DNA of 63,289 bases, the filler included, from Platydemus manokwari (lineage: Eukaryota): the NCBI GenBank assembly GCA_037951405.1. It is 5 parts of 5 records of this genome, joined end to end, with 100 filler letters (N's around TTAATTAATTAA, not from the genome) between each part and the next. Parts side by side here need not be neighbours in the genome. Positions count along the whole stretch, not along the records: positions 30,323 to 40,868 come from JBBMOY011125441.1; positions 40,969 to 54,042 come from JBBMOY011852499.1; 3 more parts are not named here. One strand, given 5' to 3'. Numbering within the stretch: the stretch's first letter is position 1; each line of letters starts with the position of its first letter. Positions 37,501-49,510 of the stretch are shown one piece after another. Below the pieces are notes generated by a model that worked only from the letters and a program-made list of their open reading frames with translations, had not been told where the DNA came from and made no database searches. The position numbers and the translations under genes were made by a program.

Positions 37501-40500
37501 TTCTAAAAATGCTGATAACGATATTCGATTTCTTCTTCATTATCAATTCGATTTTTTCTTAAATAAGATGTGCATTGCAAGCAAAAGGATGACATTTCAA
37601 ATTTACAGCAAAAAATGAGTATCTCTCATCAGAAAAAAGGCGTGTAATACATTAAAGAAAACAGAATATCTTTTATCAGTCCTAATGATAGAAAAATGTC
37701 TATGAATAACTCATTAGAAAACGGATCTCATATAATATATATACAATGACGTAACAAAGAGATCACAACTTACAAAATATTGTAATATGGAAAATTTTAG
37801 ATTTATTATTTTGAATTCAACTGATGGTATAAATCAGTTAAAAGCGAAAATAATTTGTTTTCTTGGCTTATATCGAGAAATGTTTCAAATCTAAATCGAT
37901 CACTAATGTATAGCAAGCTTGTTACACAACTATCGATGAAGATTAATTAGGAAATGATGCAGAAAAATATTATATATCGATTTTAATCACATTTGGGATC
38001 TATTAATAAATAATTTATAAAATTTCTGATGAGATCAATTTCCTATTTGGTATAACTCATAACAGGTGAAATCAATTTAATAAAATGCACAGAAAAAATG
38101 AATCACTGACTTAGTAATATAAATGTTTTGTCGTGATTATGATATAAACAATCCAGTCTATTGATCCATTTTAATGCACTTGACATCAATGTAGTTGAGA
38201 AATTAGAATTCTAAATGACAAACTTTACACCTTAAATAAATATAATTCAATAATTGAAATGCCATTATGCGACGCATTGGAATTTTATTATGAAACTCAT
38301 CAAATTCATTGAATTAATTTGTGAAAAATGAATATGTTTTCGAACAGAATTATATTGAATTTCCAGACTGTTGTGAGCGACAATGATTACAGACAAATCA
38401 ATGAGAAAAAAACGCACGGTTTAATGGAAAATATGTTACCATAGCATTGACCAATCACAATTAAGTCTGAAATAAATTAATGATGCGTAACACGTGATTG
38501 TAAAATCCACAACGGTGAATTAATTTAATATTTTTGCATCGATTAAATTAATCAAGTCCAAATTGTAGGCGTCGTTGAAATTTATTATTTGATTATATTT
38601 CGTGAAAGGGAGTAATAAATATCACAAAATTCCAGCAAAAATTCATCCAAGGTCTCAATTATGGATGAAAAAGCTTGAATTTATTTGGAGTGCGGCATTT
38701 TTTATAGCTTTGAATTTCAGATTCATAATAAAAGGTTTTACAATAAAATAACAAAGTTTTCAAGAATTTGAAAATCGGATAAAATTCAATGACACTACAA
38801 TGGGAAAGAACTCCCCTCTCAATGAATTTGTTGTTTTTAGTCAAATATTTCGGAGTTCTGTAATTGAAAAAACGATTTTTCTGTTGACAATGATAATAAT
38901 ATCATGTTATTTTCAATCTTATTTATTACAACATCAATGTCAATTGTATTAGAGCTGATAAAAATGAAAATGTGCACCAAAGTAGTGCTTTAATTAAAAT
39001 TTTATAAAAAATTGTTATAAATTGATAAAAACAATGCTTTTCATTTAATATTTATACGGGATAAGGAAGCAAATGTGATATTTATTAGAAAAATATCGAC
39101 TGTTTTATCTTTTACGGTTATTAAACAGTTACTTTAACGAATTTGAGCAACATCACAACACTAATTAGTGCTCTGGTTGTATTTTGTATCAAAAATAGTA
39201 ATAAATAATGACTGAGAATGACTTTAAAATCTACATTAATATTGTACCAAATCGAGGACATTGGTTTTGAATGGATATACGATGATTTAGTAATGAAAAT
39301 AAAATGAAAAATTAATGTACTCTTTGGTAAAAATAATAGGAATTTTTAAGTTTTGTTTTATACAAGCAAAATTTATTTTAAAAAAAACTAATTTTTCACA
39401 TTTTTCGAAATTGTGCAGTCACCATGGCAACCCGGGTTTTTAAAACTAATCGATTTAAACAATAACTGATTATTCTTGTATTATAAAAAAGAAGCTAAAT
39501 AGAAAAACCAGCGAACAGGATGTTCGAGCATAGGGATTTAATGATGCTCAATATTGGTCCAACGTGTTCTACGAAAATAGAGCCAATAAGATTAGAGAGA
39601 TATCTTTCGTAACAAAATCATCATTTCTCGGAAACCAAGTCCACCTAATTAAGAAAATCACCGGAAAAGCCGATTCGCTATGGTGTTATTATTAATTGTT
39701 GAAATATTTGACAGCAGAACCAGTGAAAAAAGAAAGGAAGAAAACTCACACAAATCGACAATATTTCTCATTCGATTTATTTGGCAATTACCAGAACAAG
39801 GAGACAGGCAGATAAAAGCGGGATAAAAATTGATAATAAATCACTCTTCGTCTAAACAACTAATCAACATTTGTCTCATCAGGATCTATTTATTATTTAT
39901 CAATAATTTTTTTTTCAATTTAAATCGTCAACTTGATTGGTTAACTCACTTCAGGAGCCCATTTTTCTCTCACATTCGTAACGCTGTCGACTGAATCGAC
40001 ACTGTAGCAAATTAAAATTACATCGGCATTAGCATACGATAATGGTCTTAATCGATCATAATCCTCCTGACCTGCAGTGTCCCATAATTCAAGTGATATC
40101 TGAAATCGTTTCAATTAACATAAGTTTAATAATTAACATAAAAATTTAATTGTATTTAAAGTGAAAATTAGAAAAATAGTTTACATCAATTTAATCTAAT
40201 AATAAAATATTCAAATTAATTTAAATATGAATTCCATAATTATAATTAATTATAACAAGCAATAAATAAGTTCAGATCAAAACATTTAAAATAAATAATA
40301 AAACTATTAATTTAAAAGCTTAAACAAAATTCCAATTAAATTTAATGTTACAGATCATATAAAAAACATACATTCATTTACTAATAATAGTAAATTGAAC
40401 TATAAAAAATATATATTTTTTAAAAATTCATTAAGATAACTTTGCGAAAATAATTACTTCTTTATTATTCCACATTACTGGTGTTGCATAAGTTTCAAAA

Positions 40501-40610
40501 ACAGTTGGAACATAAGTTTCTGGAAATGCATTATCTTTATAAACCATTAATAATGACGTTTTTCCGGATCCACCATCGCCAATGATGACCAACTTTTTCT
40601 TAATGAACAT
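34538..40610 (-). CDS. Rho-family small GTPase (RhoA/RhoF-like), exons 1-3; final exon not securely identified
   Basis: Exons 40458-40610 ([24 protein letters not shown]...YVPTVFETY...), 39950-40099 ([22 protein letters not shown]...KWAPE) and 34538-34709 ([20 protein letters not shown]...FIECS). Introns are GT-AG, phases 0 and 0, then a phase-1 donor. G1-G4 motifs and a Rho insert are present. Confidence 0.92.
39418..39431. promoter_or_regulatory. RFX X-box consensus match
   Basis: GTCACCATGGCAAC fits GTNRCC-AT-RGYAAC exactly. It lies in Rho intron 2; function is unproven. Confidence 0.35.
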
Positions 40611-40868
40611 TTCAAAATTACCTTTCGTGATTTTTAAAATACTGTATGATTTCTAAAGTTACAATGATTTAATAAAACAATGAAATTCGTGTTTAATATA
40701 AATAAAATTTAAAAACATTTATTTAAAATAAAAAATGTTTGTAAGGTAATTTATAGTGGGAAATTTTTTCTTTGTTAATTAAGTATAAATAACGATGTAA
40801 CTGTTCCAAAAAATTTAATGTAATACTTTACATATATGAATAATGTAAAAATTATGGATTTTGAAGTA

Positions 40869-40968
40869 NNNNNNNNNNNNNNNNNNNNNNNNNNNNNNNN
40901 NNNNNNNNNNNNTTAATTAATTAANNNNNNNNNNNNNNNNNNNNNNNNNNNNNNNNNNNNNNNNNNNN
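40869..40968. other. Assembly gap with TTAATTAATTAA linker (40913-40924)
   Basis: Read directly. Confidence 0.97.
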
Positions 40969-43900
40969 TTCCGATGGACATTACTTTGGATAACAGAATT
41001 GTACAAGATTTTCTTTAATAAACACTCAATTGTTCTAAAAAAATTATTTTTTAAGTTATAGACCCAATAAATGTCACCTACTTGTTTTCACCGAAGAATT
41101 TATGATGGCTGTATGATGATGATAAACCACTTGAATCTAAAATTATTCCTTTTGCTTAAAAATTACATAAGAAACGAAAAGATCTGTGATTCTAACAATG
41201 AACAGACTATTTTCTTTTTTCTATAGACGATTGACAAATAGCTTTTTCATATTCCAAACTTAAGTTATTGGTTTCCAATCCTTCCAAACTGATATCAAAG
41301 AATAATTATTAGATTGTTTCTTGAGAGCTTAATTCCATGGATAGCTTTGACAGTTGACGAATCTCCTTTTTAGATAAAATTTATTTTGTTATTCCTAATA
41401 AGTTATATAGTTCCACGAATGTATTCTTTATTGGGTTTCTAGTGGTTTTAATTATGTCCTTCTTCCATCATAATCTATGGAAGATAGTTGTTTGATTGAT
41501 TTCATAATTTTACTGAATTCTTTTTAATTCGACATAATTAATGTTCCTCTATTCTGATTGGTTGATTTATACAAACGAATATATTTGGTTGTAAGATTTA
41601 CTAACATGATTTATTATTGAAACTTCGAATTATTGTTCCGGATTCATCCATCTGGTCAATGAATATACAAACTTCCCTACTGAATCCATTTCAAATAATT
41701 GATTATTCAAAATAGGGGTTACATTGAACTATAATACCTGAAGTCATATGATAGACGTTACTCTGCCTCTCATATGATTTAATGATTAGCTTTTATGACC
41801 AATTACCTCAATTTGTTATTTATTGTATAATTTACTGGCTAGGCATATAATTTCTTTCAAAATATATCAAGGACGTCGAAATATGTGCTATGATATGATA
41901 TATTTAATTGTTTAATTTGTTTTTACCGTTTCTAAGGGACTTCGATAACGAGTATCAATGACTACGCAATCGGAAAATAATAACTATTTTGTTATGTTCA
42001 TGGCTTATTGATTTTATTGTTTTATAAAGCTTAATTCTATTTAATATCACTATTTTCTTAATCAACCTCTATGAACTCTTGATTAAATTCACAGGTGTAG
42101 TCTACCATATGCTGATGTTCCTTCACCTCGCACAATATTACTATGTGAAGACAATAGGTGGGGCAATAGTGATATTACCTAATTATCAGTCTCAATTAAT
42201 GTAACATATTTAAATTGGTAACTATTCTAATAACCATGATGACGAAAAATGATTTCTGATAACTATTTAATAAATAAATAATCCTTTCTACTATAAATGT
42301 TTATTAATAAATGACATCAATACAAATTGATTAATAAATAAAATAAAAATTACAAATGAATTTTAATACTACACTATACATCAACTTATAACGATTTCCT
42401 GAATAAAGGTCTTCTATTGTGCGTTAGTTGAATATAAAATAATGTCTTTCTCCGTAAATGAGAATTGATGTGACTTGTAACTGCGACTTCGGTTATGTAA
42501 AAATAATGGTAGTGTTAACTGTGATTTTTAACTTGGTGAATCACTCGCAGATATTCTTTGCGATTAATGATAATGCCAGTGAGTTTATTATTTTCTCATT
42601 GATATTTATTTATCGGTGAGAGAAATTCTCCGATTATATTCATTGTAAAGATCAACATTCTTTCTGATTACATTTAATCTAGTGATTAATTTTTTCAGCC
42701 ACATAATTTATTTGTCGATGTTATTGTGCAATAATAAATTGCGTATTGTTATTTCATAAATTAATTTATAATTTATGGGAATTTCAATGGATTTGTTCTA
42801 GGTGGGTTTTACTAATATTATCATGATACGTATTTATAAACAATAATTATTATAAATACTAATATATTACAATATTTTGAGCTGATTTCACTCAGATGTT
42901 CTGAGAATTGTTAAGATATAAAAGATATACACTGATTAAATAAGAATTAATATGATAATAATTAATGCATATTTCATCCATGTGATCATGCATTGCTATA
43001 AAAATTTATACAATGTTGCACATAGTTTTTCAATGTGAATTTATTGTTGGGTCAAACCCGAGAAATTTATCTAAAGGTCTAGAAGTTTTATCCAATGTTA
43101 ACGATATTATGCTAGTCATCTGAGGATAACAGCGTATCGCCTATTACTAGAATAAATCAACTTTAAAATATTGCTTATCTAATTGACAATAGTTATCGAA
43201 TTCTTATAGTTGCAATAAAAGATCAATAACTAAATTGGTATAAATAAATTTATTAAAGAATGAAATTTTTAACAAATATTAATGAATAAATAATAAACAA
43301 AACAATTTAGCTCGATGCCCAGTGTACCACGATAATGGATTGCTGACAATCTGAAAGCGGAGATAGAAAAGATTAAAATTACGTTGACAACAACAAATTT
43401 TGAAAATTTAATTAAAAATTAATTAATGTGCTTAATTACTGAATTATCGATCATGTTGTTAAAATAAAACATCATAATAACCTTACACCGCTCAAGTTGT
43501 TATGCTAATAAATTCTGAAGGGTGGTAAACTCCCTCAAAAATTATTCGAAAAATAATAATGTCGAAGCTTTTTATTTTTTGTGCTATTTTGGAATGTGGG
43601 GACGTTCTCGGCTTATTAATCGATATAATAATGTAGCTTTCACTCGTATAACAATTCCGATCAAGACTTTTGGTTGTAACTTTGTTGTACTAGTGATGGT
43701 GATTAACTAAGTGATTGGCGGGCTTAATTAAAAGCATTCTTGCCATTCCTTTCTCAATAATGTACTTTTCCTTAGTTATATTTATATTAAATTATAAGCA
43801 GTATTAAGCTGAATATATGAATGATAAATGTTTTCTTATTATTTTATGAATTTTAAAAGGTGATAAAGTTCATTTAAAAGCTTAAAAAGATTTATAATAA

Positions 43901-44463
43901 AACAAAGAAACTCAAATGATCTTAGTTTTGGGGTTTCCAAAAAGTAACATGTTAAAAACATTTTTGAAAATTTGTTGATTGTTGTAACTCACACGTCGGG
44001 TTATTTATAAAACAGTAATGCCTAAGCAAGTGAAAATCCAATAATTTGAAACTTCATAATGCTCAAAGAGTTAAGCAATGGGTTCTTCATTCGAATTATC
44101 ATGCCTTTCATTTCATTCTCATTAACAAAGGATTTAACGAGAGTTAAAAAATCTTGAAATTAAAATTATTCATTATCTAAATCCAATTCTAACAGTAATA
44201 CATCATCTTGAAAATTAGTCACTTTAATATAGGAATTAAACACCTTATGGTTTGGAAATAAATTAACCAACGTTCGTTCTTTTTTATTTGCTTTAAAAAT
44301 ATCAACATGGCCCTTGCCGACTTATTTCATTTTATATTCCGGATATATTTATCAATCATACTTTATCAAACATGATATTAAAATTAATATTTAATATAAA
44401 TAATCGATATATTAAATAAGGAAAATAATTTGAAGATAAAAATAAATAATTTTTGGAAAGAAA

Positions 44464-46485
44464 ATGGGAAGAAAATGTTACAAACGAAGAACTTCGAAAA
44501 AACGAAAAATTGGCCGATCTTTCAAGAAAAGAAATTCAAGGAGAAGCCGAAACCAAACAAAAACAAAATCAATAAAGGATATAAATATAAATATATCGGT
44601 AGATTTAAATGATTGCAGCAAACTGGAACCAAATAAGGAATCCATGACAACATGTGATTCTACCAATCAAAATACTCAAAAAATGAGTTTAAACGAGAAC
44701 CATGATGCACAAAATGTTCCAAACACTTCAAATACACAACCAAGTTGTACAGTTTCAAAGGCAGCAATAGAAACTCGAAAAAGAAAACTCCCATATAACT
44801 TTAGAAATAAATCTAAAAGGCAAAGAAATATTTTCAAAACAAGAAATCAACGATGTAATTATAAGAAATCTGTTAAGAGAAAATCTCGCAGGAGTCCTGA
44901 TAAAAGATCTTGTGATTCCAGGGGGAATTTACAAAAAACTAACGACAATAAAACAAACGAGAATAAAACTAATAATGCTGACAAATCCGTTGCAAATACT
45001 TCACAAGAAAATTCTACCTCGCTGAAAACAAAGTTTAAACTCGACGAGAAACAATCGTCGAATAAAAGCGATGAGATAACAAATAAACCCACTAATTTTC
45101 ATGAAACCTCTAATAAAACAATGAATCACAACGAAAATTTTAATAAACCATCAAATTTTTTTGGGAGTCTAATTAAACCGACTTATTCTAGTGGGTGTAC
45201 TTTTAAACCTGTTAACCAGCCTGGAAAAACAGGAACATTATCGAATAATTATGGGGGTTCGAGTCAATCAATGAATGTTAATAAAGGAGCAGATAAACTC
45301 GCTGGTAAAAATGGTGACTTTAGTAATAATATGATTTTAGATAAGCCAAATATTCTTAATAAGATAGTTAATAAACCAATTAATAATGGTAGCTCAAGCA
45401 AACCGCTTATTATTAATAGAGAGGTTGATAAATCAGCTAGTAATAATGAGACAATCAACATGTCTTCAACAAATCAAGAGACATCAAACAAATCTGACGA
45501 TCAAAATGAAACAATTAAGAAGTCAACAAATGATTCTGAAAAATCCTCAGCTGCAAATGAAAAGACAAATAATGCTTTGATTTCATCTTCAGCATTAAAA
45601 CCCGAATCAATTAATTCTTGCAAACAATTGTCAAGTCAGTCCAATTCTATTCCAGTACCAAGTTCATCAGAATCTAAAAACAGTACTGAATGTTCATCTA
45701 CAATTAATAAACCTGCCGAAGAGAATAAAATTAATGTTGACAATACCCAGATTAAATCAAGTTGTGACAGCGAGAAACAAAAAATGATTGCTAGTCAAGA
45801 TAAACCTTGTCCAAATCCGATAACGTTCAAAACGGGTTCCTGTGAAACTAATACAAATCCTTTGACTCCAACCACATCCACTAATGCAGCTCCTTCGTCT
45901 GTCACCGCGATAACATCAACGAATAATCAATGCATAAAAACTCAACCCAATACCACGTCGACATGCCCAGAAAATTTGACAAAAAGTAACTGTGCACCTT
46001 CAAATACTGTTCCGATTGTTATGAATAGTTGCCATTCATCGAATTCATCTTGTACCAATACAACTGCTCAAGTCACAAACGAAAATCCACCGCCTCAAAG
46101 TACTACAACTATGTGTACAAATAAACCCCAGAATACACCAAAATGTGAAGAAACGAAACCATGTCAAAACAATGCCATCGATGACAATTCGTCGACAAAA
46201 ATATGCCCGCCAATCGAAGATAAAAATAAAGATATCGAAACCAAATCCTGTGAAGTCAAAACGGAACCGACCGCGCCCGCCAAAGAAGGATGTACTTGTA
46301 CTTGTAAGAAACTCGAAAACAAGCCCAAAGAAAATCAATCGGTTTTCCAAGAAAATTGTCCCATCTGTTCGAAAAACAAATCCAACAACAATTTGAAAGA
46401 TAAAAACAAAAACAAAGGTTTGGAAAATAAAAATTTATTCGGCACTCCAAAAACAAAAGTCAATCGAGATGGGAAAATTGAATGA
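44464..46485 (+). CDS. Intronless 673-aa low-complexity orphan protein (basic N-terminus, Asn/Ser/Thr-rich middle, Cys-dotted C-terminal part)
   Basis: Uninterrupted 2-kb ATG-to-TGA ORF in very AT-rich DNA, with AATAAA near 46612. No domain recognised. Confidence 0.8.
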   Translation: MGRKCYKRRTSKKRKIGRSFKKRNSRRSRNQTKTKSIKDININISVDLNDCSKLEPNKESMTTCDSTNQNTQKMSLNENHDAQNVPNTSNTQPSCTVSKAAIETRKRKLPYNFRNKSKRQRNIFKTRNQRCNYKKSVKRKSRRSPDKRSCDSRGNLQKTNDNKTNENKTNNADKSVANTSQENSTSLKTKFKLDEKQSSNKSDEITNKPTNFHETSNKTMNHNENFNKPSNFFGSLIKPTYSSGCTFKPVNQPGKTGTLSNNYGGSSQSMNVNKGADKLAGKNGDFSNNMILDKPNILNKIVNKPINNGSSSKPLIINREVDKSASNNETINMSSTNQETSNKSDDQNETIKKSTNDSEKSSAANEKTNNALISSSALKPESINSCKQLSSQSNSIPVPSSSESKNSTECSSTINKPAEENKINVDNTQIKSSCDSEKQKMIASQDKPCPNPITFKTGSCETNTNPLTPTTSTNAAPSSVTAITSTNNQCIKTQPNTTSTCPENLTKSNCAPSNTVPIVMNSCHSSNSSCTNTTAQVTNENPPPQSTTTMCTNKPQNTPKCEETKPCQNNAIDDNSSTKICPPIEDKNKDIETKSCEVKTEPTAPAKEGCTCTCKKLENKPKENQSVFQENCPICSKNKSNNNLKDKNKNKGLENKNLFGTPKTKVNRDGKIE

Positions 46486-47749
46486 TGATTTTAATTTCTT
46501 TAAGGTTGTTTTCATTCCTTAGATATGTGGTGAATTATTATAATAATATTATTTATGGTGGACACTGTCAAAAATTCATCCACCAATCAATCATCACTAG
46601 GCAACCAGTGAAATAAAATTTGGATTTTTTAATCCATTTTATATGTTGTGATTGTTGTATATAATAGATAAAAAAATCATTTTAAAGAGAAATAACAATT
46701 TATTTTTTCGGCCTAATTTTGTGATTGTTTTTTCAACAAATAAAATATTGACTAACTTTTGAAAATTAATTATTTTACAACAGTTGATGCGGAATAGATT
46801 ATTTTTTGTAGAGAACAAATGACGTCATGAAGATCATAGTGATTTTCCATTATGCTGGAATTCGGATCGATATTAGCAGACATTCTTAAATATTGATTAT
46901 ATAGATGAATAGATTTAAATTAGAACGCTAACTGTTTAGATTAAAAAAAATCAGTTAAGACAACTTAAATGTCACTGGCTACATTTACATTCAACACAAC
47001 ACGAAATCAATGCTATGATTTTTCGGTTTTTAGGGTTGGTTATTCGTGATCTACGATTTACGTTATCGTTACATATTAAATGTACATAACAAATTATAAT
47101 AGCTCTAAATATTATATTTAATGGGATTATTTCTCCGTCACTTTGAAGTGTGCCCCGATCATTTGAAATGGGAATTAGTCACCAAAAATTTTAGAAAAAT
47201 TTTAACACGCATGATTAATTTCTTAAAATAATCAATAATTTTTCAATGAATATAACGACTGTAATTTCTAAGAGCTATTTTTAAACTGAAAACAATTACA
47301 AATTTCCCTACAGAAAGGTTGTGTCCTTGTTATTAGCTTACAAAATCTGTACCCGCCACATATCAATATTCGATCTGCTCTCTCCAGGGATTAATATATT
47401 ATTTTGGAATTTTATCTGAAAATAAATTAGCAGCTTTGAAAATAATGTGATGTAAAAAGGTGAAACTAAAATTTGAAAATTTTCTGAGCGTTGATATAGT
47501 GGATAAAATGATAATTATAAAATTAACCACAATTAACGAGTTAATTGAAACAAGGTTTGGTTGCTGTTACAAAAATTAGTCGAGCATCATCACATTACAA
47601 AGTAATTCAATTTGTTGCTGACATTCAAAAAGTTGATAAAATTATCTCTGTTTCTGGGTTTTAAATTTTATCTATTTTCGAGTTTACTGAGATATATATG
47701 TTGGAGAGAGAGAAAAGACCTTGATTCCAATCGTCATATTTGATTGAAA

Positions 47750-48850
47750 ATGCTCAGTTCTTTAGTAATTTTGATGGTTGTGTCTTTATAGTAGATATCT
47801 TTGGTAACTCTAGTAGAGTATGGGTTACTGTTTAATTATCGAATTATTACCCATAAGGTTTCGTTTGGCATTAAATCTTCAAACAACCGTTGTTTCGTGA
47901 ATTGCATCTTTTCATTTGAGCGGTTTTGGGAAATGAAGATTGACTTTAATTATACTGAGGCTCTTCGAGTGCAGCAATGAGTAACCGAAATTCACCCCAG
48001 TTAAATGTCCACATCGAACGTAGTACAATGTGTCAACATATAATAATACTCATGAATATTAAAAATACATTTGTTTGGATCGTAGGGGATATCTGTCCCT
48101 GAATGCTCATTGGATTTGTTGCATTATTTGTTCTCTTCATTTCACCAAGTCTTGATAGTGTTTTTGACATCAGTGTTGGCTTGAGATGTGATTGTACGAC
48201 TTCTTTGTGCCGTTTACACTTGTTGGCATATACCCAAATAGGGTGTACCGTAGAGTTTGTATCAATTAATTTCTTTGTAATTTAAAGACTGTAAAGGTCA
48301 ACTCAATTTCAGAGAAGTCCCGTTTATGCAAACCTTAGTTTCTAACACTATCTTTTCCTTTACCTTAATGGTGTGGTCTTGTTTGCTTTCATCATATTTG
48401 TCTTTCATCTACTCTTGTTGGTATTTTAACGAAAGTCTTGTCCTATGCTTCGGTGACCAATTTTTTAAAAACGTTCACGTACTTATCTTCTTCCATATAC
48501 TGTGAGAGCTTGTGTTCTATTTCCAAGACTTTTGGCATATGGCTGTACCTTAAAGTAAAATAGTGTGTTCCGTGTAATGGCCTGAACAACGTTGTGATAC
48601 GCAAATACATGACTCGATGAGCACATCATAGTCGGTCCCTTCGTCACCACAGTGTAAAATGCCAACATATTGGTCAATGTCCTATCATAATTTCAACTAA
48701 TTTATTGGTTTATGTGTGGTACAGCGATTCAATTCGGTTATCTTAAACATCTAGTTAATGGAATAGAAGATATTGTTGTCAAATTCGAATCCACTTTTTC
48801 AGTACCCTGTACCGATAAACAACACCCTCAACAAAGACTTTTAGCAAGCG
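47750..48850 (-). mobile_element. Gypsy-type integrase C-terminal relic followed by a Cys-containing, possibly env-like decayed ORF
   Basis: LTNMLAFY...HVFAYHNVVQAITRNTLFY fits the integrase core end (ML...FAY...T..TPF). Downstream fragments read VYANKCKRHK, CQKHY, YDPNKCIF...THCTTFDVDI and RCNSRNNGCL..ETLW. Boundaries are approximate. Confidence 0.55.
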
Positions 48851-49125
48851 TGCTAGCTTAGTTGTTCCGTATTCCCACATAAAATAATAATGACTAATAT
48901 TTCAAAATAACCGCTACAAATTAACCATCTTAAAATTTTAACAAGTGCAATACTAAATTTGAAAGCGTAAGGATTAAAATCATTTTGTAAGTTCAATGAT
49001 ATCTTAATAAGATTGTTATAGAAACATCTTACAAGCTGCATTAGAAAATTAACAAGTGGTCATTCATGATTTCTCATCTCGAGTCTATTAGTTTGTAGTT
49101 CACTTAGTGAGAACGATCGATCATG

Positions 49126-49447
49126 AATGGCAGATAATAATAAATCAATATCAGCATTAATCATCCAATCAAATGGCAGATAATAATAAATCAATATCAG
49201 CAGTAATCAACCAATCAAATGGCAGATAATAATAAATCAATATCAGCATTAACCAACCAATCAAATGGCAGATAATAATAAATCAATATCAGCATTAATC
49301 AACCAATCAAATAGCAGATAATAATAAATCAATATCAGCATTAGCCAACCAATCAAATAGCAGATAATAATAAATCAATATCAGCATTAATCAACCAATC
49401 AAATAGCAGATAATAATAAATCAATATCAGCATTAACCAACCAATCA
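49126..49447. repeat. Minisatellite, 7 x 46 bp
   Basis: Unit aat(g/a)gcagataataataaatcaatatcagcattaa(t/c)caaccaatca starts at 49126, 49172, 49218, 49264, 49310, 49356 and 49402. Confidence 0.97.
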
Positions 49448-49510
49448 AATCAATATCAATAAGACAAAAAACATCAAGCAGATAAAATAAAACTCAATAT
49501 TTTATTTTTC

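Noticed and set aside
41000-41900. GDSST motif suggesting a Mutator-like transposase
   Set aside because: A single short motif within heavily decayed sequence.
49126-49447. CRISPR-like regular array
   Set aside because: The units are contiguous with no unique spacers, there are no cas genes, and the context is eukaryotic.
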